Origin: Felis catus
Lineage: Eukaryota
Reading direction: 5' to 3'
Length of the DNA: 64,000 nt
Assembly: GCF_018350175.1 (NCBI RefSeq)
Contig: NC_058383.1
Coordinates: forward strand, 21,392,001 to 21,456,000
Shown: positions 1 to 54,350 of the stretch, piece by piece
Position numbering within the stretch: the stretch's first letter is position 1
Layout of the letters: each line of letters begins with the position of its first letter
Position numbers and translations under genes: made by a program
Notes under the pieces: generated by a model
Told to the model about the DNA's origin: nothing
The model's input: the letters and a program-made list of their open reading frames with translations, nothing else
Database searches by the model: none

Positions 1-172
1 TTTTTTTTAATGTTTATTTATTTTTGAGAGAGGGAGACAGCATGAGCAGGGGAGGGGCCAAGAGAGGGAGACACAGAATCAGAAGCGGGCTCCAGGCTCC
101 GAGCTGTCGGCACAGAGCCCGACATGGAGCTCGAACCCACCAACTGTGAGATCATGATCTGAGCTGATGTCA
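1..172 (-). mobile_element. Can-SINE, partial
   Basis: Poly-T tail, AG-rich tract and SINE body in antisense. Confidence 0.85.
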
Positions 173-278
173 AAATTGTCACTTAAGTGTTATTATTTCA
201 AAGCTAAGCAATAAAATACAAATACCATAGTGACCTTCATATGTACTTGACAACTATTTTTAAAAATATACAGACAAG

Positions 279-1905
279 CTGGCACAAAAACAGACACATA
301 GACCAATGGAATAGAATAGAAACCCCAGCACTAGACCCACAAACGTATGGCCAACTCATCTTTGACAAAGCAGGAAAGAACATCCAATGGAAAAAAGACA
401 GTCTCTTTAACAAATGGTGCTGGGAGAACTGGACCGCAACATGCAGAAGGTTGAAACTAGACCACTTTCTCACATCATTCACAAAAATAAACTCAAAATG
501 GATAAAGGACCTGAATGTGAGACAGGAAACGATCAAAACCCTAGAGGAGAAAGCAGGAAAAGATCTCTCTGACCTCAGCCGTAGCAATCTCTTACTCGAC
601 ACATCCCCAAAGGCAAGGGAATTAAAAGCAAAAGTGAATTACTGGGACCTTATGAAGATAAAAAGCTTCTGCACAGCAAAGGAAACAACCAACAAAACTA
701 AAAGGCAACCAACGGAATGGGAAAAGATATTTGCAAATGACATATCGGACAAAGGGCTAGTATCCAAAATCTATAAAGAGTTCACCGGGGCGCCTGGGTG
801 GCGCAGTCGGATAAGCGTCCGACTTCAGCCAGGTCACGATCTCGCGGTCCGTGGGTTCGAGCCCCGCGTCAGGCTCTGGGCTGATGGCTCGGAGCCTGGA
901 GCCTGTTTCCGATTCTGTGTCTCCCCCTCTCTCTGCCCCTCCCCCGTTCATGCTCTGTCTCTCTCTGTCCCAAAAATAAATAAACGTTAAAAAAAATAAA
1001 TAAATAAATAAAAGAGTTCACCAAACTCCACACCCGAAAAACAAATAACCCAGTGAAGAAATGGGCAGAAAACATGAATAGATGCTTCTCTAAAGAAGAC
1101 ATCCGGATGGCCAACAGGCACATGAAAAGATGTTCAACGTCGCTCCTCATCAGGGAAATACAAATCAAAACCACACTCAGATATCACCTCACGCCAGTCA
1201 GAGTGGCCAAAATGAACAAATCAGGAGACTATAGATGCTGGAGAGGATGTGGAGAAACGGGAACCCTCTTGCACTGTTCGTGGGAATGCAAATTGGTGCA
1301 GCCACTCTGGAAAGCAGTGTGGAGGTTCCTCAGAAAATTAAAAATAGACCTATCTTATGACCCAGCAATAGCACTGCTAGGAATTTACCCAAGGGATACA
1401 GGAGTACTGATGCATAGGGGCACTTGTACCCCAATGTTTACAGCAGCACTCTCAACAATAGCCAAATTATGGAAAGAGCCTAAATGTCCATCAACTGATG
1501 AATGGATAAAGAAATTGTGGTTTATATACACAATGGAGTACTACATGGCAATGAGAAAGAATGAAATATGGCCCTTTGTAGCAACGTGGATGGAACTGGA
1601 GAGTGTGATGCTAAGTGAAATAAGCCATACAGAGAAAGACAGATACCATATGCTTTCACTCTTATGTGGATCCTGAGAAACTTAACAGAAACCCATGGGG
1701 GAGGGGAAGGGAAAAAAAAAGAGGTTAGAGTGGGAGAGAGCCAAAGCATAAGAGACTCTTAAAAACTGAGAACAAACTGAGCGTTGATGGGGGGTGGGAG
1801 GGAGGGTAGGGTAGGTGATGGGCATTGAAGAGGGCACCTTTTGGGATGAGCACTGGGTGTTGCATGGAAACCAATTTGACAATAAATTTCATATATTGAA
1901 AAAAA
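279..1905 (+). mobile_element. Young felid LINE-1, 5'-truncated (ORF2 C-terminal region + 3'UTR + A-tail), interrupted by a SINE
   Basis: ORF2 peptides [14 protein letters not shown]...[15 protein letters not shown]-rich 3'UTR; AATAAA. 15-bp TSD ATATACAGACAAGCT at 266-280 and 1907-1921. Confidence 0.96.
787..1010 (+). mobile_element. Young Can-SINE (SINEC_Fc type) inserted in L1 ORF2
   Basis: tRNA-like head GGGGCGCCTGGGTGGCGCAGTCGG, (CT)n, A-tail; TSD AAAGAGTTCACC at 775-786 and 1011-1022. Confidence 0.95.
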
Positions 1906-2611
1906 TATATACAGACAAGCTCAACTTCAGGAGTCGGAAGTCTTAACGTGGTTCTTTCAAGGAGTAACTTGAACTTCCATTTTCATTTAACTTAACCCCT
2001 TCCCCACCATTCACAGATTTTGTTAAGCTCAAAGTTTTTTATTGGTCATCCTGTCATACCTCTCCCCCTAATAATTACATACTTGAAATATATTATGGTA
2101 TATTGCATATATTATACATATATGTGTTTATATACACGCATACATACACAGAGAATACTTTTATAAAAGTTCACTGTGACCATTGGCTCTAAAAGTTAAT
2201 TTTATTCCCTTCTGGATTGAGTTATCATTATAATTATTAGCAGTAGGCAATCAATCCATGTAACCCAATGTACTACAAATGTTGATAATTATTAAACATA
2301 AAAACTAAAACTTCATTGGAAATGCATCTTTTAATGGGATGGATAGAGCAGGTTTTACTTATTTATTCAATGAGTTTATGTATCTCAAGATGACTCTAGC
2401 TTGTTTCCACCAGTCAGGGCTCAACATCAATTCAATTTCCATTTTTCATTTTTATAGATGTAGGCATGGAAAGACCTTTCACAAAAATAAATAGAAGGAG
2501 ATTGTAAGACATTTTCTAGAGCAATGCTGCACACTTCTTTGAACACTGTTTGAGTTATATGCCAAACATAACCTAGTGTCTATTCTTATAGAAATGTGGG
2601 GTTTTTTAAAG

Positions 2612-2823
2612 TTTTTTTTTTTAATGTTTATTCATTTTTGAGGGACAGAGACAGAACGTAAGCAGGGGAGGGGCAGAGAGAGAGGGAGACACAGAATCTG
2701 AAGCAGGCTCCAGGCTTCCAGCTGTCAGCACAGAGCCCAACACGGGGCTCGAACCCACAAACCATGAGATCATGACCTGAGCCGAAGTCGGACGCTCAAC
2801 CGACTGAGCCACCCAGGCGCCCC
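2612..2823 (-). mobile_element. Can-SINE
   Basis: Full body ending ...CCACCCAGGCGCCCC. Confidence 0.9.
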
Positions 2824-3764
2824 TTTTACAAATGTTTTAATCCAGCTGACAATCCTATTGTATCCCCTTCAATTTTGTTGAAAGCAACAAAACCTTCCCA
2901 TACCTGCAAAAGGATTTGCTACTTGGGTCACCGTCAACTCACTTCTTCAATGCCCGCACTAAGCATTTCTAAGTGCTCCCTTATCCCAGGCTTTAATTCC
3001 CAGGGCACGCACCAGGCTGGATTTGAGGGGAAAAGGATGGTCCTCTGTGAGCTAGGACAGCAGTGGAGAAAGCGAGCCAGGCACACGAGGTGAGGATCTG
3101 GAAACAGAGTCCCTTAAGCAGTGTCTCCACCTTTCTTCATTTTCCCCCTCCCCCCCCCCCCCCCCCCCCCGCCATGGAGACTTTCTAGACTTTTTTTCTT
3201 CCCAATCTCCCCTCCATCAAGTTTTAATGCCACAGACACACTAAATCCATTCATGCACTTTGGCTCTTTGGAGGGCTACAAACCACCCCCCAAGAAAGAA
3301 GTTTTGCCCCGTTGGAAGCATTATCACCTCCATTGGGAATGGACGCCTTGCAAGGATCCTCATGGACCCCCTGGGAACAATCCGTGACTCCAGATGAAAT
3401 GTGTGCCCCTTTGAAGCCCCTTTGAGGCTCCTGCCAAGTGGCCATGCTCTCTCTTCAACCATCCAGACTCTCTGACAGCCAGAAACTCTCTTCCTGCCCT
3501 CTGGTCCAGGCGCCCCCCCCCCCCACCTGGCACGTCCCTAGCACCTCCCACAGCACCGCCTGGACTTGCCACAAGATACTGAAATGGCCAAGTTCTTTAT
3601 CAAGGCCGCTGCTGCATGGTTCTCTGCAAGCGCAGAGGCCACATCCGCTGTGTCCACTGTGAAATCTTCATACCTAGCACGCAGCTCAGCACAGGATAAT
3701 CATTAATGAAAGAACCGATCAACCAATACTTGCCTTCTTCCCGGCAACCCTCACACCCCCACAC

Positions 3765-4230
3765 CTGTACTGGCTAGCTACTGAAGGATAGCCAGCTATC
3801 CCCAAACCCAGTGACTTAAAACAATAACCGTTCATTGAGCTCACGATTCTGCAAGTTGGCTGGGCAGTTCTTCTAGTCTGGGCCGGCTTGGTTGATGTCC
3901 TCTGAGTTCTCCCGAACATCTGTGGTCCGCTGGTGTGTTGGCTGGGGCCTCCAGGGAGGGCCTCATCTGGGACAGCTCATCTCTGCTCCCACGTGGTCTT
4001 CCCATCCCACAGGCAAGCTGGGGCTTATTCACATCCTAGTCACCACATGGCTCCCCAGCAGCGAGAGAAGGAGAACCCCAGTGCACAAGCACCTTCAAGT
4101 TGATGCCCATGTCCTGTTTCTTATTGGTCCGTTGGCCAAAGCAAATCGCATGGCCACTCCTGATTCAAGCTGCAGAGAGAGACTATGGGAGACTTTATGG
4201 CCATTCCTTGGGATCTGCCACCCCTCACCG
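3765..4230. mobile_element. Old MaLR (MLT1-like) LTR remnant
   Basis: Resembles MLT1 as recalled (..CAGTGACTTAAAACAATAACC..GCTCACGATTCTGCAAGTTGGCTGGGCAGTTCTTCT..). Confidence 0.55.
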
Positions 4231-6031
4231 CCAGCACCAAAGCCAAAAGCTGCTGCCCTTTGTGACTCGTTTTCCCACACTTGGTTCCCTGCAGTGTTCC
4301 TTTTGGCATGATTTCACCAGGATATTCCAAGAGCCCAATCCCCGATTCTCACCCCTCAAGGACCACCTCCACCTCCCACTCCGTCAGTGGTCCCATCTCC
4401 TTACATCTCTAAATTCTCCCCGCTCTGCAAGCCAGGAGCCGCCCTCAGGGTTCAGACCTCCCGGCACTCAAACTCAGCCACAATTGGGAAATCAGTGGGT
4501 GGGCAAAATGTGAACAGCGAGCCTTACCTGAGTTCCCAAGAGCTCTCCCAGGACACTTTATTACTCAACCACTGAGTTTAACAAGTTCTCTGTTTGCAGA
4601 CAGAGCAAGATGATTTCTCTGACATTGAGCTTAGCAAGGTTTCGGATGTTTTCTATCTGCCTTTCTCTCCGGGGGCTCAACAGCCATTTGTGCGCTGGCC
4701 TGGAGAGGTGCCTCACTTGAATGGTACCACATTATTGCAAGAGTTGTTGTTACTGGAGGCATCTTCCCCCCCACCCCACACTCGTGTGTTGATCTTTAAG
4801 TAAAAGCCTACCAGGTGTCACATTATTCATAACCTACTATTAATGATAGTAGCTGAGTCCCCCACATCAGAACTCTGGCGATGTTTACCCAGAGCTATAA
4901 ATCAAACACCTTGATACGGTAGGATTACATCATCTTTCACACCATGACCACTGAGTCATCAGAGCACTCAAGTAGCACCATAATTATATTATGTATTTAT
5001 TTGTTCACCTGCTTCACTGTCTTTCAGTGCCTGATACATAGAAGGTGCTCGATAAATACTTGTGGAATGAATAAAAATGATGAGAAGCTCAGGAAAGAAC
5101 CACAAAGACACCAAAGGGTGCTGAGATACAGCCACAGGGGAAATTTACACACGGTAAAGGGGGAGAACTTTTCTAAGGAGCTGAGGTTTCAACTAAGCCT
5201 TAAGGGGGAAGGCTGAGTCAGGAAAGGGAACAGCAAGTGCAGAGTTTGGGCAGGTTAGGGAGAAGAAAGAAGGCAGGGCTAGAAGAAGCGTCATGGGTAG
5301 GAGAGTGGCACAAAATGACTAGGAGAGGGGAGGAGGGGCCAGACCACATAGAGTCTTCGGGCTTGTGAGCCATGGGAAGGAGTTGGGCTTCATACCAAGG
5401 GGAAGAGGGGGCCTTGAGGGTTTTAAGGGGGGGGTCTCGCAAACGGCCCATTTTATGTCTGAGGCAGCTACCTTGGAATGAAGCTCTCCCCGTTGTACAG
5501 ACTCTTATACTCTCTTATGAAGACCTTAGTCCCAGCCCCTGGCTGGCTCTTAAAAACGCTTCGATCTGGACCACTCAGCCAATGAGCCTCCAGGTTTTCT
5601 GGAGGGGAATCTTGTATAAAGTGTCCAGCTTTCAGAAATGATGTTGAGGCACGTGAGTTCTGCGGGCCTTTCACTGTCTCCAAATTTTCTAACTTCTACT
5701 CTGGAATTAATCTAGCGTCCCAGAGATAGATAATTGGACCGTACGATTTGGGTCTCATGGAGTTTCACATCGGCATTAAGGCACAGGTTTGTGTCAGAGG
5801 GCCCTGGGGCAGGCCCTCCATAGCCCGGCCCCCAGCATTCACAGAGATCCCACTGACGAGGCCCAGGAGAAGCTTCTCGGGGCTCTATGTAGGAAGGGGT
5901 GTGCCTCTCTGGAGCACGAGGCTGGCTGTGATTTTCTGGAAGCTGGAGCGTGTTTCTGTCTCTGTGAGGACTTGCGGGAGTCAGATTTGCAGCCCAGCAG
6001 TACCTATGCCGACAATAAAATACGCACAGCT

Positions 6032-6236
6032 GGGGCACCTGGGTGGCTCAGTCGGTTGAGCGTCTGACTTCAGCTCAGGTCATGATCTCACGGTTTGTGA
6101 GTTCGAGCCCCACGTCGGGCTCTGTGCTGACAGTTTGTGGAGCCTGGAGCCTGCTTCCGATTCTATGTCTGTGTTTCCCTCTCTGTGCGCCTCCCCCGCT
6201 TGCACTCTGTCTGTCTAAAATAAACATTAAAAAAAA
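6032..6236 (+). mobile_element. Can-SINE
   Basis: Head, (CT)n, A-tail and a degenerate TSD. Confidence 0.9.
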
Positions 6237-6689
6237 TACACACATCTGAGGGCCTTTTGTAATTTTTTAAGCTTATGTTCCACTCCCCAAAGTACTTATT
6301 TTTGCCTTTTGTGATGAAGGAGTTTCATCAGCTGTCTCAATCCTTTCTGTGGAACGAGGAGGGATATAAAAAAGTAAACTAAAATTAAAATATTTTACCC
6401 ACAGAAGACATTTTATACAAAACCGTCTGTACCTCCCCCCCAAAAAGTAAAAAAACTCTTAAAATGAAGATATAGTTTGATTCTGCTTTGAACTTCATAA
6501 ATTTTCTGATATTATGTAAACATATTCTCCGTGCAGTGGAGCAAACACAATCAAAATGACCCCACACTCGGTGGCCGATGACCTAAAAGCTTTCCAATTT
6601 CTTTCTCTCTTGCCCATCGGGGATTATTACAAAAGCCAGAAATCCAGATATTTTGTTTCCTAGCCCTTCTTGCAAGGAGGCCAAGTTCC

Positions 6690-6881
6690 AGGGTGGCCAG
6701 ATTTAGCAAATAAAAATAGGGGACACCCAGGTAAACGTGAAGTTCAGACAAGCAACATACAACTTTCTTGGTATAAATATGTTCCACATTACATGGGACA
6801 TACTTACACCTTAACAATTCCGTGTTGCTTGCCTGAAATTCAAATTTAGCTAGGCACCCTGTATCTTATTTGGCAATGCTA
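6690..6881. mobile_element. MER53-like palindromic DNA transposon (MITE)
   Basis: AGGGTGGCCAGATTTAGCAAATAAAAATAG...TTATTTGGCAATGCTA with long imperfect inverted arms; resembles MER53 as recalled. Confidence 0.7.
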
Positions 6882-7940
6882 CTCAGTTCCCACCATGAGA
6901 TATAGGCAACGTATATTCAGGCACATTTGGGAACAAATTCATTCTGAATAAAACGATGGAGACCACTGAAGAAAAGACTCACCTTTCTTCCTACCCGTGA
7001 AGGCAGCTGTGATGCCTGGCAGTCTAGCAGCTACTTTATGATCATAAGGTAACAAAGAAAAGATTGAGAGTCAACATCTTGATGAAGACAGAGCACAAAG
7101 AGCAAACTGACGTCCTTAATGATATTCTCCAATATTTTATTACTGAAATTGAAAGCATTCCAGATACCCCTGGATGTTTTGGGTTTTTGTTTGACTGGGT
7201 TTTTTTGGGGGGGCGGGGGGTTGTTTCATTTTTGTTTTTTTAGCCATTTCTGCTACTAGTTATTCAAAAGCCTCACAAAGAACTGTAAGATTTTGGAGAA
7301 AGGGGTCACTCTTCATCACTGACATCTAGAACGGCCCCCAAATGGGAAACAAGCCAATCTGATAAATGTGGAAGTTTATCAGGAATAAATGAGCCCTGCT
7401 TGGGATTTTCCTTCTCCCTCTCTCTCTCTGCCCCTCCCCCACTTGTACTGTCTCTCTCTCTCAAAATAAATAAACTTAAAAAAATTTTTAATTTAAAAAA
7501 TGAAATGAAGTCGGTAGGTACTTTAATGGACATTTCATAACACAATGGTCAACAGTAATGGTGTTATCATTTGCCTTGAACAGAAGGTAATCCAAAAAAA
7601 TAAGTTCTAGGGAAAAGAGAAATATAATGGAAGCAAAGCAAGGCATTTTGAATTTTAGCCAAATTCTGTGGCTGCCTCAGTTCACAAAGTGCTAACACAC
7701 TGATAAAAACCAACACCAAAACATTAGGAACAATCTGCCACAGTGCAAATGAAATGTGTCAAAAAGCAATACTCACTTTTCCTACTAGTAATGTGCTATA
7801 ATATTTTCTATTCTATTCTGCATCTTTCTAAACTAGTGGTTTTGATCCATTACATGGATTCACCACGTGGCTTGGTCCCACATCTTCAAAACCACTGGAT
7901 TAATGAATGTTTTAGAAGTGTTAAAAACACACCGGTACCT

Positions 7941-8370
7941 GGAGCACCTGGGTGGCTTGGTTGGTTGGGCGTCCGACTTCAGTTCAGGTCATGATCTCAC
8001 GGTTTGTGGGTCTGGACCCCGCGTCGGGCTCTGTGCTGACAGCTCAGAGCCTGCAGCCTGCCTCGGATTCTGTGTCTCCCTCTCTCTCTCTCTGCCTCTC
8101 CCTGGCTTGTGCTCTCTCTCAAAAATAAATAAAAACATTTAAAAAAAATTTTTTTTCAAACACACCAGTACCAGCCTGAGAGCTTCCCTTGAACTTTATT
8201 TTTGAGAGAGAGAGAGAGAGCACTTGAGCAGGGGAGGGACAGAGAATCCAAAGCAGGCTCCAGGCTCTGAGCTGTCAGCACAGAGCCCGACGCAGGGCTT
8301 GATCCCACAAACTGAGATCATGACCTGACCCGAAGTCAGATGCTTAACCGACTGAGCAACCCAGGCGCCC
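7941..8370. mobile_element. Tail-to-tail Can-SINE pair (+ 7941-8155; - 8193-8370)
   Basis: Two SINE bodies in opposite orientation. Confidence 0.85.
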
Positions 8371-8559
8371 CGTTCTCTTTGAATTTCTTAAGATTCAAAA
8401 GATCCCGGAGGTGGGAAGGGGAGCAGCTTCCTCACTGCCGTCCTGCACGTGCAGGTTCAGGTTCCAGACCCCAGGCAATAGCCAGAAAGCTCAGCAGGGA
8501 TGGACAGACCTTCTGTTTCCTGACTGGGGAGGCTTCCTGGGCCCTATTCGTCTGTACAA

Positions 8560-9025
8560 CTGGATTAGTATCCTGTGGCTCCTGTAACAAACCAGCACAA
8601 ACTCAAACAGTGGTGGCCTCAAACACTAATATTCTCTTACAGATCGAGAGGCCAGAAATTCGGAATCCACTTCACTGGGCTCAAGTTGTCAGCGACACTG
8701 ATTCCTTCTGGAAGCTCCAAGAATCTGTCTTCCTGCTCTTCCCAGCGTCTAGCGGCCGCCTATGTTGTCAGCTTTGCCCTTTCCTCATCTCCAAAGTGCA
8801 CTGCTGTTCTCTGTCTCCACCATCACACCTCCTTCTCCTCCCACCCTCCCGCCTTCCCTTGTAAGGACCCCGTGACTGCACTGGGCCCGCCTGGATAATC
8901 TCCCCATGTCAGTCAAGGTCCTTAGCTTAATCGCACCTGCGAACCCCATTGGCCATACGAGGTGAGACATTCACAGGTTCAAGGGACAGCAGCAGACGTT
9001 TCAGGGGCCTTCACCCAGCCTGCTG
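8560..9025. mobile_element. MaLR MLT1-like solo LTR downstream of the LCMT1 poly(A) site
   Basis: MLT1-like blocks (TTAGTATCCTGTGGCTCCTGTAACAAAC..., GGGCCCGCCTGGATAATCTCCCCAT..., ACATTCACAGGTTC). Confidence 0.6.
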
Positions 9026-9306
9026 CAATAACCAAGATAGGTTGAGGCAGGCACGTGCCTCAGCTGGAGGTGGAGGTCGAGGTCAAGGTGCCAGGTGTGA
9101 CATCAGTTGCCACAACACAAGCACGCGGGAATAAACCCCCAAATGGACGCTGGGGTCTGAGCGGAGTCTGACTCACAGGGAGCAAGCCAAGGCTGGAGGA
9201 AGATTCGGGAGCTTTGGTTCTGGCTGACGTGGTGGTGAACCAGAGCCCTCCCAGGGGAGCAGCACACGAGCAAGTGCAGAGGACCAAAGGCAATTGGCAA
9301 CAGAGA

Positions 9307-9312
9307 TTTATT
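9307..9312 (-). terminator. LCMT1: LCMT1 polyadenylation signal AATAAA (3'UTR about 190 nt)
   Basis: tttatt on the + strand, about 170 nt past the stop; first AATAAA downstream on the coding strand. Confidence 0.75.
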
Positions 9313-9479
9313 TAAACGGTAAGCCAACGGGCACAGCAGGTGGTGCGACAGCCCTGGGAAGTGAGGTCTGTCAGGGTGTGGGACGAGCCCAGGGCTGGCC
9401 ACCGCCCAGGAAACGTGGCCAGTCCACTCTGGGAAGGTTGGTGGCAGCAGCTCCCAGCTCGGCCTGGGCTTCCAATAGA

Positions 9480-50378
<40,899 letters not shown>

Positions 50379-50759
50379 GGGCGTGGAGGTTCCGGGGTGC
50401 CGTGCCCACCGGGGACATGGAAGCGAGCTCCACAAACGCCCTGGAAAGGAGCGAGCCTCCGAGAAGGCTGGAGAGAGGGGCTGGGCTCCAGCGGCCTCAG
50501 CGGGCGCGGCTCAGTGACGCCACTCACGTCAGCTGCCCCAGCAACCTTCCCGCTCATTGGCGCCTCTGCCCAGACGCTCATTGGACAATTTCTCCGCCCC
50601 CTTGGCCCGCGGAAGGGCTCATTGGATAGCTCTATTGGCCCCGCCCACACCACCCGGAAGTACGTTGAGGAGGGGAAGGAAACAAGTGGACGCAAAACGA
50701 GAGCGCCGCAATGCTTTCTGGGAATTGTGGTCGTGGGTGCGCTGAGAGTGCATTGGGTA

Positions 50760-51008
50760 TTCATTTATTTATTTACTTACTTATTTATTCATTTATTCAT
50801 TTGTTTGTGTGTGTGTTTATTTATGAGCGAGAGAGAGAAAGAGAGAGAAGACAAGTGGGAAGATCACGGGAAGGAGAGAGAAAATCTGCAACAAGCTGTA
50901 TGCGCAGCACAGAGCCTGACGCTAGGCTCCATCTCGCCACCGTGAGATCACGACCCCAACTGAAATCAGGAGGCGGTCGCTTAACCCACTAAGCCACCCA
51001 GGTACCCC
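50760..51008 (-). mobile_element. Diverged Can-SINE with an expanded (ATTT)n tail, just upstream of the LCMT1 promoter
   Basis: Antisense SINE body with an ATTT-repeat tail. Confidence 0.75.
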
Positions 51009-53310
51009 AGGCTTTGGGTTTCTTCTTGCTGGTCAGAAAATTTTATAACTGTGATTCACGCAGGGCGGGAGAGCTAGCAGGATGCTCAGCTTTGGGTCGA
51101 AGGGCAGAGAGTCCAGCTGGAGGAAACAAGTGTTCGTGTTGCAGTTAGTCGGGGCTCAGTCTCATTCAACAATTGAACAAATGTTCACTGAGTGCTGACT
51201 CTGCGCCAGGAGCTGTGCTAAGTAAGGGCTTTGCGCACATAATCGCCTTTCAAATGTGGAGGAAGGAACGTGTGGGAAACTGGTACAATGGAAAACTATG
51301 TTGCAGTGTAAATGCACCAGAGCTGCCAGTTACAAGCATCACTGCCTGAATTTAAGGACATAATATTCAGTGAAAGAAGGGATGTAACACTTTTATAAAG
51401 TCCAAACCAAGCAAAACGGATGTTAACAGATACACACATATATATGATAAAACACTCTACAGAAAAATAAAGGAATGGCGGGGGGAGGGAGGGAGACAGG
51501 AATCATCACACTTGTGACATTTAGAGAGTGGAGAGGATAGAACACTGAAAGGGAAGGGTTACTTAGGCCCTTCAATAATTTCTCAAGTCGGGGTGGTTCA
51601 CATGTGTTTCATTATTACACATACCGAAGACATTCATTACATATATTTTGTACTGGCCTTCTAAAACATTTTCTAGGTAAGTAGTGTGTTTGTATGTTCC
51701 ATTTCTGTATCTGTCAGGAGCACTGAACAGACATACTCAAACTTTAAGAACCATGGATCACACAAACACACACACACACACACACACGCAAAATAACAAC
51801 AAAAACTCAGTGCACATATCTTCGGGCAAAATCATATATCAAAAGCTTGCTTAGTAGTCATTGGAGGGATAAGAGCTCATTGGTACCCCAGGGAGAAATG
51901 ACAGTGGGGAAGACTGAGGTTCGGAAGGCTTGCCAGGGGGAGTTGTGATGAGATGGAATACATCACTTTTTCTGAGTCGTGCTCTGCCAAGAGGGTAAAT
52001 GCAAAACACTGAATAAGCATAGTCTCCCAGCTTGGCAGTGTACACATTCTATGGGTGTCATAAGTAGAAAGTGTCATTGGTGAGTAGTACAAGGTGTCAA
52101 TCCCGTAGGGGCGGACGGTAAGGCTCAGGGTAAGGGGAAGAAGGTGGAGACAGATATCCTGGTACGCCTGTGTCGTTTGACAAGCAAAGAGTGTTCTTTG
52201 CTGAGCCTTTGATTCAGAAAAAAGCTCGTGATTCAGAGGACTTTGTCATTTTTCACCAAGGACCTCCGCTGGGGTTCCTGCAGGCAGGGCCAATTCATTT
52301 CATTTAAGTTTCTGGTTGAAGAGCTAGACCTTTATGACTGAGGAGTGGAGGCTAGAAGCGGCAAGCTTAGTGATCTCAGGCTGTGTGGTGCCTCCAAATA
52401 TGAGGCTATACCGCGGTTGTCATGAACAACGTCATGAGACAATATCAGAGAAAGTTCACCACCTAATCTGCATCTTCTGACAAAGACGAACTTACATTTA
52501 AAACCCCTGTGAACATTAATATTGGGACCAAAAAGCAGGCATTAATCATGAAACTTCTCCGAGAGAGGCTGAAGTAGACATTTGTGGTTGTGTCTTTCCA
52601 GTATTTTTTTCTTCTATGACAGCCTGAGTTTATTATGGGGAGCTTTCAGCCCACGGGGATCAGGTGAGGGGTGCCTGGGTGGTTCAGTCGGTTGAGCATC
52701 TGACTCTTGATTTGGGCTCAGGTCATGATTCCAGGGTCCTGGGATTGAGCCCTGTGCTGATTAAGCCCTGGTACCCTTAAAACACCTGGGATCCCAACAA
52801 ATTTAAAGACGGTAAATATTTTGCTCTTTCTTATAGATTTGGCTAATAGGTTCTGTTCAGCGCCGATTTCAATGTCCTCTCAGCCACCTTTCCCTTGACC
52901 TTGAAGGGGACATGTTTTACCTTGTTATGCACAGGGCACCCAAACCCTTCTGCTATCACATGTCATCTCTGCAGGCAGGATCTTAACTTACCGGAAGCAC
53001 AGGTATGACCTCGCATGTCTGACATCCTACCGTGAGGACATTTGTTGGACACGTTTGTTGAGGACACACAAGTCTCCAATCTTTCCGTATTTTGGGGGTT
53101 CTGGAGCCAACATATTCCTTGTTGATAAATTTTACTTCAGCCCATTTATGCTGTTACTTGGAAAGCAGACCACATGGAGTGGGCCTCCACCCAAACAAAG
53201 CGGTTGGAGAATACTCTCCTCCCATAGAGACAAATATCCGTGTATGTCTTCCTTTGGCCACAGCCTCCAAAGCCACCAATGTCTACCCTGGTCAGAAGTA
53301 ACCACTGTTT

Positions 53311-53458
53311 TGGGGTGCCTTGGTGGCTCGGTCAGTGTAAGCATCTGACTTTGGCTCAGGTTGTGGTCTCGTGCCTTGTGATCTTGTGGCTCGTGACCTC
53401 TCAGCGCTTGAGTTCAAGCCCCGCCTCTGTCAGCGCAGAACCTGCTTCAGGTCCTCTT

Positions 53459-53508
<50 letters not shown>

Positions 53509-54027
53509 CCTCCCCCATTTTCACTCTCAAACAAGAAAAATAAACACAAAAATTATTGCAAACAAAAGAAACAGCCCCTGTTTTTTTTAATTAAAAAAAA
53601 ATTTTTTTAACGTGTATTCATTTTTGAGAGACAGAGACGGAGCATGGGCGGGGAAGGGGCAGAGAGAGAGAGAGGGAGACACAGGATCTGAAGCAGGCTC
53701 CAGGCTTCCAGCTGTCTGCACGGAGCCCGACGCGGGGCTCAAACTCACAAACTGTGAGGTTATGACCTGAGCCCAAGTTGGACGCTCAACCGACGGAGCC
53801 ACCCAGGTGCCCCTAAACTTTTTTTAATGTTTATTCATTTTTGAAAGACAGAGAGAGAGCACAAGTAGGGATGGGGTGGAGAGAGAGAGGGGGACACAGA
53901 ATCCCAAGCACCTCCAGGCTCCAAGCCGTCAGCACAGAGCCCGACGCGGGGCTCGAACTCACGGACCGCGAGATCATCACCCGAGCCGAAGCCGGATGCT
54001 CAACTGACTGAGCCACCCAGGTGCCCC
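53311..54027. mobile_element. Three Can-SINEs (+ 53311-53560; - 53582-53813; - 53819-54027) at the 3' end of the TRIP11 retrocopy
   Basis: Recognisable SINE bodies. Confidence 0.85.
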
Positions 54028-54350
54028 ATACGTAGCCACTGTTTTCAGTTTGGTGAATACCTCTGCAGTCATTAAAAGACAGTCTTTTCAAATATTAACA
54101 AATTTTTATTTAACTTAACCAAAACTTAAACCAAAACTATAAATTTATTACATTTTGCAAAAGGCCATTTTGTGATAAGGTACACACACATAGTGACTTG
54201 GTTTCTTTCAAGTACTGTCTCCTCTCTGGCTTAAGAATCCTGTATTGCTTTGAAAGGTCTTTGGCCAGGTCAGTCCTCTTCCCAGGTGACAGTATTAATG
54301 GTGTTGTACGTGGGTAAAGTGTCAGTCACAGCATTTAGAAGATGATGCCC

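Noticed and set aside
241..1676. 249-aa and 207-aa ORFs as host genes
   Set aside because: L1 ORF2 fragments separated by a SINE.
1922..9280. Possible exons of a neighbouring gene (e.g. AQP8) downstream of LCMT1
   Set aside because: No aquaporin-like or other recognisable peptide; the region is mostly repeats.
50379..50435. In-frame N-terminal extension of LCMT1 in the ORF track
   Set aside because: Starts at TTG; the ATG at 50378 has +4 G context and matches the known N-terminus.
54074..54088. Inverted repeat AAAAGAC-A-GTCTTTT near the retrocopy 3' end
   Set aside because: Short and AT-rich, expected by chance. No clear poly(A) tail or TSD for the retrocopy could be identified.
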